From the NCBI GenBank assembly GCA_905178155.1, contig CAJINV010000005.1, positions 4,319,556 through 4,383,555 of the forward strand: a DNA stretch of 64,000 nt, written 5' to 3'. The notes beneath the pieces were generated by a model, which saw nothing but the letters and a program-made list of their open reading frames with translations, did no database searches and had not been told where the DNA came from. Shown one piece after another: positions 13,219 to 23,878 of this stretch. A program made the translations under genes and the position numbers. This DNA comes from Amoebophrya sp. A120. Lineage: Eukaryota; Protista; Dinoflagellata. Every line of letters starts with the position of its first letter. The stretch's first letter is position 1.

Positions 13219-14529
13219 ACAAAGTAAGATAAAGTAGTTCCCGGAGATAAACGAGGTGCATCACGGCGACTGAAACGAGTAGGCAGACGCATGCAGCGAG
13301 CGATCGAAAAAACCATGGCATGTCCAGAAAGATGAAATGCCAACGTTGCGTCCGAGACTCCGTCTTGCATCTATGACGATCGAGTCAGCTACGTGTTTGA
13401 TGATCCAGCACTTGGAGAAGGTTTATGATTTGCTCGACGACGTTTTTCATGAAGAAAGCACTCCTGTTTAGTGGTTATTCATTCCTATCAGTATACGATG
13501 AGATGCGAACGATCGAAACTGAACAGGCACAAGAACTTCCGCTTGAAGATAAGGGAACGAATAATTTTTCGTCCGTCGTTGTGTACAAATTGTGTGTAGT
13601 CCCACTGCTCCTCGAGGGCGTGGCCCTGCTTACACATATTATCTCGGCCACGACAGCACAAGCATAGAAGATGTACAAGAATGTGGATGTGCTATTCCAC
13701 CACTGGAATATAGAAATTTCGTTGTCGTCGATGTCGTCATCGTGATGATGTCCTCGGTCCCTTATAACCAAATTATGCTCTGTTCTGCTGCCGACCGGAA
13801 AAACGGAACAGCTTCCATACAACTACTCCCGAAATTCCATGGCTCTGATACACTTACCAGTATGTACAATTCAACAACCTTACACTTTTTTCCCTTCAAT
13901 TTCGCTTTACAGGCGTACGCAAAGAGCGAGTTCGAGCAAAATGAGCTACTTGGTTTGGTTGAATGCTAAGAGTAGAATCCGGCTCTGTAGTGCACTATGT
14001 CAACAACAACATCTGCCTCGCACTTGCAAAACATTTCCTTTTGCTGGTTCCTCTATTCTTAGGTGCTTCGAAACATTCTGTGACATTGCCAGTTCTAGCT
14101 GCGATCGATTCACTGTATTTTGAATCTGGTGCAGGAAGCTCGAGCGCGACAAAAGCTGCAGCCGAAAAGGTTAAAGTTGTGATAGTAAATCTAAATGTGG
14201 TCACATCGCATTAGGTCGTCTTTCCCTTCTCAACTGCCTGTTTCGTCGTCGTGTGAGAAAGTTTCCAACCCGACTTGTGACTGGCGCGACGAATTACTGA
14301 TCCCAAGAAGTAGATCTTGAATTCGCGAGACCATCTTCTACATCAGCTGAAAGCAGCAACAGCTACCATAGTATGTAAAAAAATATCAGAAGTATCTTTT
14401 TTGCATGTCGCTTGCTAGGAGAAAAGCACCAGCAGCAGCACAGACAGCCAGTGACGGTGCGCCGCCCAGGGACGAGATGATGACTCGACATGTTTTTTTT
14501 TCTTCATATGGTCGTGCATAAAAATACCA

Positions 14530-17500
14530 TCAAACGAGCTCCGGGGGGTGTAGTTCGTCGGCTGTACTATCGCACTGCTGCAGACCCGCCATGTAGAGCG
14601 CTGAATTGGCGTAGGCTTTCCCCTCCGCCATTCCCTTTGCCTGCGCGTGCTCCTCGTCCTCGCAGAGCAGGATGCCTTGGATGATGGGCTTGTCCTGCTG
14701 GAGCGCCAGTGACATCAGCCCTTGCACCAGCGCCGCTCTGTCGGTCTCCAGCGTGGAAAGGTTGGTTCGCTTCTCGTTCGGCACGAGCATGCCTAGGACG
14801 ATGACTGCGTCGACTACCCGGTGCTTCCGCGAGAGCAGTGCTTTGGTGCCCGTCACCAGGTCGAGGTGTCCCGCCGTGGGGTGGCACTCCACCCGGGCGC
14901 CGCAGGCTGCGAGGTACTCCCGCGCGGCGTCGACGATGGGGGCGAGCAGTTTTTCGTTCCACTTCGTCGACACGATGAGCACCGTCAGTGGCTCGGGCGG
15001 CACGGGCGAACGCACGACGTGCTGTTCTTGTGGCGGGGGGGCGCCGGTTCCAGCTCCCGCAGGAAGAACCTCCCGGGGGCCGGAAGTAAACGGCGCACCA
15101 TTTCTACTAGTACTTGACACTCTCGCGGCGACGTCCTCGTCCGGGGCGCCGTCGCTCCTCGGCGTAGGACCGCCGGGAAGTAGATCTTTGCTCTTCCCGC
15201 GCGAGGACTCCTCTGCCCTGGCGCTGGTCTGCGCTCGCGCGAGCTTCCCGCTGCGCTCCAGCGTGTCGCCTACTGCGCCCGAGTTTAGCTCCCGCTCCAG
15301 GTCCAGGTTGAAGGTCTGCATGATGGTCCGGTGCTGCAACTGGTTCTTTTTGGTCTCCAGGTAGCGAAAGTTGTCCCGGTTGGGGCTCGTGGGCAGGGAC
15401 CGGACCTGCACGTCGGGAATGGTTTCCGCCAGGACGCTATCAAATGTAAAAATGTCTGGGTCTGGAAACTTGTAATGCTAAAATGTGCATGATGGACACA
15501 CTTCCCAATGCAGACCAGCATGACAACTTTCCGGAGCACTTTCTCATAGGCAGCCCGCATGAGAAACTGCGTTTTTGCATGACAAACATGGCTGCGGCTT
15601 TTGTCGGTTATGCAATACAGATTTTCCAGAAATGTACCGCTAGCATTACAAGTTCCAACTTTCCAGACCCAGACACATTTGCAATCCATAGACACTCTCC
15701 TTCTCGGGATTATTGGTGTACAGCAAAATCTTCCGCAGATTCAGCTCCCGCAGCGCGTTCTATCAAATGCAAAAGTGTCTGGGTCTGGAAACTTGTGATG
15801 CTGAGTGGCGTAGCATGAAGAGGCCACAAGTGCTGGCTCAGCATGACAAACTTCTGAGCTTGTATGTCTTGCCTATTCTGCATGACTAATTGCGTCTCCG
15901 CATGACAGAAAAATGCGGCTCTTGGGCAACGTGCATGACAGATTTAATAGTCATGCCAGACAAGCATGACAAACATGCATTCTTCCAGACCCAGACATTT
16001 TTACATTTGATACGTTCACGGCGGCGTCGAAATTCCGGTAGTCGTTGTGGAACCCCAGACGGTGATTGGCCTGCACTGTGTCCACCTCCTCGCAGATCTG
16101 CAGGTCGTAAGCACGGATCTTGTTGTAGAGCCCAATGCCGCGACCCTCATGACCCTTGATGTAAACCAGCACCCCAAGCTTCTCCTCCTCCATCACCTTG
16201 ATGTTGTGGTAATTTTGTAACCAAATCAGTCGCAGCTTCTCATCGGGAACGACACAACAACTACAGCAGATGACTGAAGACGAAAGATGGAGATGAGGAA
16301 CAATACTGAATAAGCTTGGGCAAGCATTGCAAAGAGAGCCATGGACTTCAGGACAAGAACCACAACACCAGCTGGATGTATCTATGTATTTACCTTCATA
16401 AACATCTTCAACTGCGCCCCACAATCGCACAACCTGGACCCAAGCGTATCGCCTGTGAAGCACTCGGAGTGAATGCGGACAGGTACGCGTTTCACGCCGC
16501 TACTTAGCGCGTTTGCGTCGCCGGCGATCAGCAAAACAAGCTCGGATCCTCTCCTCCCCGGCTTCACCACCATCCTAGTCGGCAAACGCAAGTCATGGAA
16601 TCGCAGCGTTGCAGAAGCGTCGCCCTGGAAAAAAATTTGGTCCACAATGAAATCTGCAGCTTTCTTGTGTTTTCTGATTTTCATTTTTTCAACGTGCGAC
16701 GTTAAGTATTAAAACGGAGACCTAGAAAGATGATGCCAAAAATCGCAAAAACACATAGTATACCTGGTCTTTTTTCACGTCTGCGGGCACCGCCGTGAGC
16801 TGGTCGTCTTCCTCCTGTTCTAAGGGTGTGTGCTGCTCAAACAGGCGGGCCCAGCGCTTCATGGCGTCCGTGTGCCTCCGGTAGTGCACGATGTCACTCA
16901 CATACACCATGGGAATCCCGTGTTCGGTGGCGAAGGCGCGGGATTCACCCTCCCGGAACATCTCGCCATTGTCCGCCATCAGCTCCGCCAGGGCTCCGAC
17001 GTATCACGTCGAAAACAAGTGCCCCCACGACCCCAGAACTTGACACGATTTGTATAATTGCAAAGCTTCCTAAGCAGGGAAACACTCCCCACGTTCGTGC
17101 ATGTATCAATCAGCATCACAAATGTTAAACGGCAACATCACGATTCTTGCGAAAGACCCCAGCAACAGCTGTGCCTGTCATTTCTTAAAAGATGCCTTGC
17201 CCGGCTGGGTTCTGTGTCAGGGAGACTCAGAGCAGTCCTCCTTTCATGCATACGATGAAAAGCTCTTCATTTCAAAACCTCACGCATCAGACCGTTTTCT
17301 TGCAGCTTCCGGGGTCGTCCCTGATGTGGGAGCACTTTATTTCACGGGAATACGACGGGGTGCTTCACGTTGGGTGCCAGCCGACAGAAGTCAAAGGTCG
17401 CTTCCGTGTGTCCCTGCCTTACGTATTATGAACAGGAAAAATCCCCCGCCCCTTATCAAAAAGGAAATCTGTGATGCTGGATTTGCGTGAGGCGTGAGGC

Positions 17501-19191
17501 TGTGATGCTGGATTTGCGCACACAAATCAGATTTGTATGGCAGGAAGGCATTGCGACCAGATCCCCAGGCTAGGTAGGGGCGTACGGGTCTAGTTGTTCA
17601 GCATTGCAAACGGTTGACCTTTAGGCCCAACAGCATGACAAATCGCTTCCAGAATGGGGCGGAAGCTTCTGCCCTTGTCTTCTTGCAAGACAAATGCGAT
17701 TTGTGACCTCAAATCAGCAACACAAATTTTCGGAAAGATACCTTTTCGATATGGGGAGGGTGGATTTTTCCTCTCAATACGTAGACGCCGTCGTCCTTGG
17801 CGTATCAAATGTAAAAATGTCTGGGTCTGGAAGATTCTGAGATTTGTCATGCATGTTTTGCATGACCCAGGATGTCTGTAATGCACGACCGCGCATCACA
17901 GATCTTGAGAGGGCTCCCTGATGCCAACTCCGCATGACAAACGCCCTCCCCGCGTAGCACAAATTAGACTCCTCTTGCTGGTCATGCAATACAGATTTTT
18001 CTAAAGTCCAGAGTTAGCATCACAAGTTCTAATCTTCCAGACCCAGACATTTTTACAGTTGATATGGCGCACAGGGGAAACATGTGCCCCGGCTTGCCGA
18101 AGGCCTCCGGCCGGTTGCGGATGTCGCAGAAGCCCCGCAGCGTGGCCACGCGGTCGGCGGCGCTGACCCCGGTCGTGGTGCCCACGAGGTAGTCCGTGGA
18201 CACGTAAAAGTTGGTCCCGTTCGGGTCCGTGTTTTTGGTGGTGGCGGGGTGCAGGCCGAAGGCCTCGAGGCGTTCCTTCCCGGTGGTCACGCACACGATG
18301 CCGGTGGACTTGCGGATCATGAACGCCATCTGGGCGGGGGTGCAGTATGCATTGCAAATATCGATCTGGGTCTCAAAGCTTGTGATGCTGAATTGCGAAA
18401 GATTAAAGTGTTTGCAATGGCAGCCAAGCATGACAAGTCTGCGAGACGCCTCCTGATGCCCAACATGCATTACAAATTGCGTTTGTGCATGGCAAAGGAA
18501 GCGGCTTTTTAGCTGCTCAACACGCAACACAGATTCTCCAGGAATGGAAGACACGCATTACAACTTCCATTTTTCCAGACCCAGACATTTTTGCATTCGA
18601 TATGCAGTGCTCCGCGGCGATGATCAGATCGCATTCGTTCTCCCGCTCCGGTGCGTCCATGACTAGGACAAATATCAAATGCAAAAATGTCTGGGTCTGG
18701 AAGGTTACCAGGTTTGTCATGCATATTTTACATGACTCAGGATGTCTGTAATGCATGATCTGGCATCACATATTTTTAGAGGCCTTCCTGATGCCTATCC
18801 CGCATGACAAATGCCCTCCCCGCGTAGCGCAAACTGGGCTCTTATTGCTGGTCATGCAATACAGATTTTTTTAGAGTCCAAAGTTAGCGTCACAAGTTCC
18901 AACCTTCCAGACCCAGACACTTTTACATTTGATAACAAACTCGCCCTGCCCAAACGCCTCCAGCGCGGGCTCCATGCGCGCGATGGCTTCCCGGGCCTCC
19001 TTGGTGGGAACCGGCCGTGGCTCCTCGCGGGCCGCCGGCTCGGAAATCGACCTGGCCACTACGGCGCTGGTGGGAGGCGGCAGCGCGCTGAAACCGCTTT
19101 TCATCTTGTTGCCTCGGGGTTGTTTTTCCTCGGCACCTGTCGAGCCCCGGGGGTTGGGCCCCGGTGGAACCAGCTTCACTTTGGTCGCCAT
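14530..19191 (-). CDS. ribBA: Riboflavin biosynthesis fusion: DHBP synthase (RibB) + GTP cyclohydrolase II (RibA) + lumazine-synthase-like domain (RibH); 10 exons
   Basis: After removing 7 introners and 2 GT-AG introns (16197-16393, 16625-16763): Rib[38 protein letters not shown]; Rib[33 protein letters not shown]; C-terminal [22 protein letters not shown]. Confidence 0.92.
15438..15690. mobile_element. Introner-like TIR element, family A (253 bp)
   Basis: TATCAAATGTAAAAATGTCTGGGTCTGGAA...TTCCAGACCCAGACACATTTGCAATCCATA, TSD GACGC/GACAC. Join reads PEKESV|LAETIP. Confidence 0.92.
15761..16012. mobile_element. Introner-like TIR element, family A (252 bp)
   Basis: About 30-bp TIR, TSD CGTTC. 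Join reads FDAAVN|[17 protein letters not shown]. Confidence 0.93.
17002..17352. mobile_element. Introner-like element with degenerate TIR, family C (351 bp)
   Basis: TATCACGTCGAAAACAAGTGC...GCACTTTATTTCACGGGAATA, TSD CGACG. Join reads KHPV|[13 protein letters not shown]. Confidence 0.85.
17427..17779. mobile_element. Introner-like TIR element, family B (353 bp, with a 31-bp internal duplication)
   Basis: TATGAACAGGAAAAATCC...GGATTTTTCCTCTCAATA, TSD CGTAT/CGTAG. Join reads DGVY|VRQGHTEA. Closely similar to 55953. Confidence 0.9.
17803..18064. mobile_element. Introner-like TIR element, family A (262 bp)
   Basis: TIRs present, TSD TGGCG. Join reads FPLCA|KDDGV. Confidence 0.93.
18346..18602. 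mobile_element. Introner-like TIR element, family A (257 bp)
   Basis: Left TIR degenerate, TSD TGCAG. Join reads IAAEHC|[10 protein letters not shown]. Confidence 0.9.
18673..18934. mobile_element. Introner-like TIR element, family A (262 bp)
   Basis: TIRs present, TSD ACAAA. Join reads GEFV|[11 protein letters not shown]. Internally close to 17803. Confidence 0.93.
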
Positions 19192-20397
19192 AAGTATAGG
19201 TCGTGGGTGAGATTCGCTAGAAACTTCAATGCTGCTGCATGTTGTTGACTAAAACTCAAAGAAACACTATATTTATAGTTGTGCAAAAAAAGCTGTACAC
19301 GCAAAATATCTGCGACGGACTCAAGTACTCAGCGGGAATAAATACTCAAGATTGGGTGAAAAAAAAACGGCTTTCTGGGCCACTATCAATGCTGGACTCC
19401 AAAAATCTACTACTTCTTCAACCGAATACTATATCAGTTGGTCTCGGTGCGTGGAAAAAAACTCGTTGCCGCGACAAAAATAAAGCGGGCAACAAAGAAT
19501 ATTAGGATGCCGATTACTGCTCTAGCGTAGAGGCTCGGACCGAGCTCCAGAAGGGTCTGCGACTGCAAAACTGCACAAGTAGCAAAGCACGGGCTTCCAG
19601 AAAGGATGAAGGAAGATGACTTGCTATTTCGGACGGGGTCTTTGCAGAGGGGGCGAGAATGTTCTTGTTGGTGTTTGGCCGTGAGAGGCGCATAAAGGTA
19701 CTACAACCTATCGACTCTTTGGGGGTAGCAACTACTACTAGAATTACAGTCTGGAAAAATACTAGTGGTTTGGTAGACAATAGTGCAGGTGGGGGCGGAT
19801 CCTTCAACGGGGGTGAAAAGGGTACTGTCTCGGTCAATTGTCAAAAAGAAACGTCGGTCATGTGTGTCAGGTCACAAAGACGAGCAGTACCATGTCAGAT
19901 GTGCCTGCAAGTGCAACTAGAACTAACAACTTTTTCTTCTGATAATGTGGTTCATGTGGAACAGCGTTTTTTACAATCCATGTTTATTCATTCTGAACCG
20001 AGCTCTTGTTCACAGTGGCCGTTTTCCGAAATTTTTTAGCATCAAGTGCCACGCTCGGTAACCGACGCCTGCATAAAAAATCGAAATGCGCAACATTCTC
20101 AAGGTTTTGCGCAACCGACGTCGTCTTTTTGGTGCTTTTCGACCATTGTAGATGTACCGAAGATAAGTTCAGCGCACCGAAAAAAAGCTCGTGAAGAAGA
20201 CATTATGTTGAAACACGACATTTCTGCATAGACCAGGCTTGTCGCCGCGATTGCTCTTATTTGCGCTTCCCGGTAATCACATTAATCGCGATTCTGTTTT
20301 TCTGTCTGCTGCTGACAAAGAGCAAGCAGAAACGATAAGAGCAGTCTGTCTCCTATGGGAGAGTTGTTTTGTTTCGTCTGACAATAATTTACTCGAC

Positions 20398-20889
20398 TCA
20401 CGTCTTGGCTGGTTGTTTCGCAACTTTTGCAGCCGCGCCCTCAAAGGCACGGTCCGCGATACGGTCAATATTGACTTGCGTTTCGCGTCTCACCTTTGGT
20501 ATCTGTGGCAGGAGCATGCTTCCCCGCGGAACAGGAGCGGCCGGTCGCTTATTTGATGTCGCTTCTCCGACCGTGGGCCCTAGTACCGCGTCACTTCGAT
20601 GCGTGGTGTGGTCCTGGGTAGGCTCCCGCGGTCGCTTCAGACTGCCCGTCGTCGCACCACTCGTACCCGTCGCCAAAACCCCTGCATTAGACGCTTTTGA
20701 CACGGCAGCTCCCGGGGCGACTATCGTTTTTGCTATGCTGCTGCTCCCGCTACTTCCACCTTTCGTTTGAAACTGGGAGACGTTCAGTTTCCCGAGCGAA
20801 AGTTTCGGTTTCGCGACCGGCGGTTTTGGCGAAGCTGGGCTCTTGCCGGCGCCCGCATCACCCTCATCGGAGGAAGAGGAGTAATCCAT
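20398..20889 (-). CDS. Hypothetical low-complexity protein (163 aa)
   Basis: ATG-initiated ORF MDYSSSSDEG..., Ser/Ala/Lys-rich, with more AT-rich flanks. Confidence 0.55.
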   Translation of the reverse strand: MDYSSSSDEGDAGAGKSPASPKPPVAKPKLSLGKLNVSQFQTKGGSSGSSSIAKTIVAPGAAVSKASNAGVLATGTSGATTGSLKRPREPTQDHTTHRSDAVLGPTVGEATSNKRPAAPVPRGSMLLPQIPKVRRETQVNIDRIADRAFEGAAAKVAKQPAKT

Positions 20890-21581
20890 TTTGTAACTTA
20901 CTAATCATTCACTTTCGGTGCTGCAGCTACAATTTTCACGTCTCAGCATAGCGAAAAAAGAAAAGCAAAATACGTTTAATCCTACCCCTACGAACTTCAA
21001 CTTGCGAACATAACCACCGGCAAAAATAACCACCGGCCTTCCCCTTGTAGTTGGACGCGAAAGAAGTCTTCAAATGTGTCGCTGTAATTCGGGATGATGA
21101 GATGACCCAGCGGAAAAATATATCTGATCGACCTGCTTTTTTGAACAAAATCTGATCGGTTTTCGAACGAACCGCATTCCACGACTCAGCCCTGCAATCC
21201 TATGAAGACAAGCTGGCGTTCGGTAACACAAAGATAGATCACGCGCGAGAATGAACGCGGGCAGTAGTCTACTTTGCACTTATCGATTTGATCCTCGAAC
21301 AATATCTCGAACATACTACCCAGATATTGCAACTGGATGCTCGGCTGATCGGAAAGAACAAGAAATGCTGTTTTATATATTTCTTGTTCTCGTCTGCGTC
21401 GCTGAAAATAACATCATGAGAATCCCATCACTCCCATACGCGTAATTCTTTCAGCCAATCCTTCGGGGGTGGTGGGTAAATGAACTACAACACGCATTGA
21501 ATACATAGACCAGACACTAATGTGCTGGGCGGGTCGAGTCGTCCTATACGCGTAGCATCTACAACCACGAAAACGAAAACA

Positions 21582-22900
21582 CTAGTCGCTGTAGTCGATC
21601 TTTTTTTTCTCGATCTGGGAAAACTCTTTGCAGAGGAGCTTCACCAGCTCTTCTTTGCCGGGCTCGCCCTGAATCTCCACGGAATCTGGCTGGCCTGGGT
21701 TGCCCTTGACCGCAGCACTGCCGCAGGCGAATTTCTTCTTGAAGATTTTTGCTGCGGCCTCCAATTTCACGTCGTACGTGTCCAGGCCGATCACGGTCGT
21801 CGTCTTTTTACGCCCTTGCCTGCTCGCCACTTTGATGCTTATCTGTTAATTCGTGTAGCAATGCTAGTAACGTTGCGTGACTGGTGACACAAAGACCGTC
21901 ACCTTTCTTGAGGAAAAGGAACAAATGTGACATCGTGTCTGTAAGTAGCAGCACCAATTTGATTGTAGGGAGTGAACGTCAGCGCTCTGCTGGAGCATAA
22001 AACAAAAGTGAAAAGCTACCTTTGGACTTGCACTTCGTGTCTTCTTTCCCCCGGGTAGCTCTTTCGTTTTTGCTTTCTCTTCGGCCTCTGCCTTTTTCTG
22101 GTTCGCGGTCTCTTTCGCGTCAGCTAAAGACTCACCTGTTTTTCACAAATAGTTTGATTTCATGCAGTAGTCCTTCCTACTCGCGTGGTTCCTTGTGCTG
22201 CTTGGTACATCAACCTCCCTTCACGACTTCTACTACTGACTTGCTTGAAATAGGTGCGGTAATGCCAAATTATTCCCAAAGTAGAAATCCTTACCGGCCA
22301 ATTCAGGGTAGAGCTGCGGGAAGTTAGCCAACACCCACGGCTTCGCCAGGTCCCATTTCCCGCCGTATTGGCAGTATTCTGGAGGCATTCCGTCCTCGGG
22401 GCAATAGCTGTGGTGTCAGAACATTGTATGGTAGTTGAAAAGTTTTTGGAAATACAAATTTCCGCCTCAATCAGACATTTTCACGAAAATCATTTTCGAG
22501 GCGGTCAGCAAAGGCCTCCATAAAGACCTAGGAAGTGGACTGCACCGAGGAATGAACGAACCTGCTGCAAGAAGAACAAACTACGAGTAGTAAAAAATTC
22601 AGCTTACACGACTTTGACTGGCCCCGTCATTTCTGGCATTTCCGTGTGCGGGACGAAGGGTTTTATCACGGGCTGTGGGGCTGGTGCTGAGCTCGAGGCA
22701 GCTGCAGCGCCGGCGCTCGGCGTGTCTGCGCCCTTGTCGGCCGATGATGTTGTTGGCGTGGCTGAGGCGTCTTCATCCTGTGTCGTCTTGGCTTCCGTGG
22801 CTGGGCTAGCTTTATCTGCTGCCGTGGGACTGGCTTCACTGGCACTACCGCGCGGAGCGGGCGAAAATTCCCGGGTGACGGGTTCCTTTTCGTCCGACAT
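21582..22900 (-). CDS. DENR: Density-regulated protein / Tma22 (SUI1-domain translation reinitiation factor), multi-exon
   Basis: Internal exon YCPEDGMPPEYCQYG..W...NFPQLYP (~22295-22410). Last exon SRQGRKKTTTVIGL..KKKFACGSA..EIQG (SUI1 domain). Confidence 0.88.
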
Positions 22901-23878
22901 GTCTTTTCTTTTATCTTTCTTACCGTCGGTTCTAAATAAACTTCCCCTTGCGTCGAGTGATGAGGGGCTAGAAGTACTACGCGGAGGTTTAAGATCTCAT
23001 GTGGGTGGTAGTTGCTACAAAAGAGAAAGTAGTGGAGGGAGATACTAAATAACCTGGAAAGAAAGGAATGGATGGGATTGGGAATCAGAAACAAAAGATA
23101 GCAGAAAGACCACACCCGTTATCGGGATGATGAACAACGCATGAATTTGAAAATGAGTATGCTTACCACGATCTTCTGCTAGTATTCTCATTTACTGATC
23201 CATAACTGGGGCGGTGCCACAACTGGAGGAACTCCGGAAAGCCGCATTGTCTGCTTTTTATTGCGCGCGGTTTGGATCTGATTTATTTCTCGACACTTTA
23301 GTGTAGAAGGATAAAAACTGTGCCTGGATCCAAAGGTACTAGTACCTATTCCTCACTGCTGTCGCTTTGCCGACCTTCTTCGTATGAGCGTCGATTACAG
23401 TACTTTAATAGACAAGCGTAGCTTAGTGCAGCCACACAAGAGGAAGAGCGGCCGAGCCAAGAACTGAGTCATAGAAATTCCACGGAGAAAGGCTCCACTT
23501 TTCCACCTCCTTCCCGAAGCGCCACGCCGGTCACTAAGCGGCTACCGCGACGGCCTTGCGGCCTCTTCACATCCATGCTAGTTTTTCCCGCGCTTCTGGT
23601 GGGTACTGACGTGTAGAGTTCTCGAATACGTAGGTCAGATAGTTTGAGAACTTTTTCGTCAGCGTGGCCGTCGAGTTTTCGTCCAGCGTGCGGAGAGCGT
23701 ATGGAAAGAACTACAAAAAAACTACTTACCTGCCATTCATCTGTCACGTGCTACTCGTCTACACATCTTTCCACAAAGCAAGCAGAATTCTCACGATGCC
23801 GCCAACAAAAGAAAACAGTACGTACAAAAGTCCTTCGACAACATGGCGATGCATACAGAAAGCAGTTTTTTTTTTTTT

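Noticed and set aside
14530-19191. Pseudogene disrupted by MITEs
   Set aside because: All seven removals restore the frame with intact RibB and RibA catalytic motifs and no other lesions, even where elements are diverged. Still needs cDNA confirmation.
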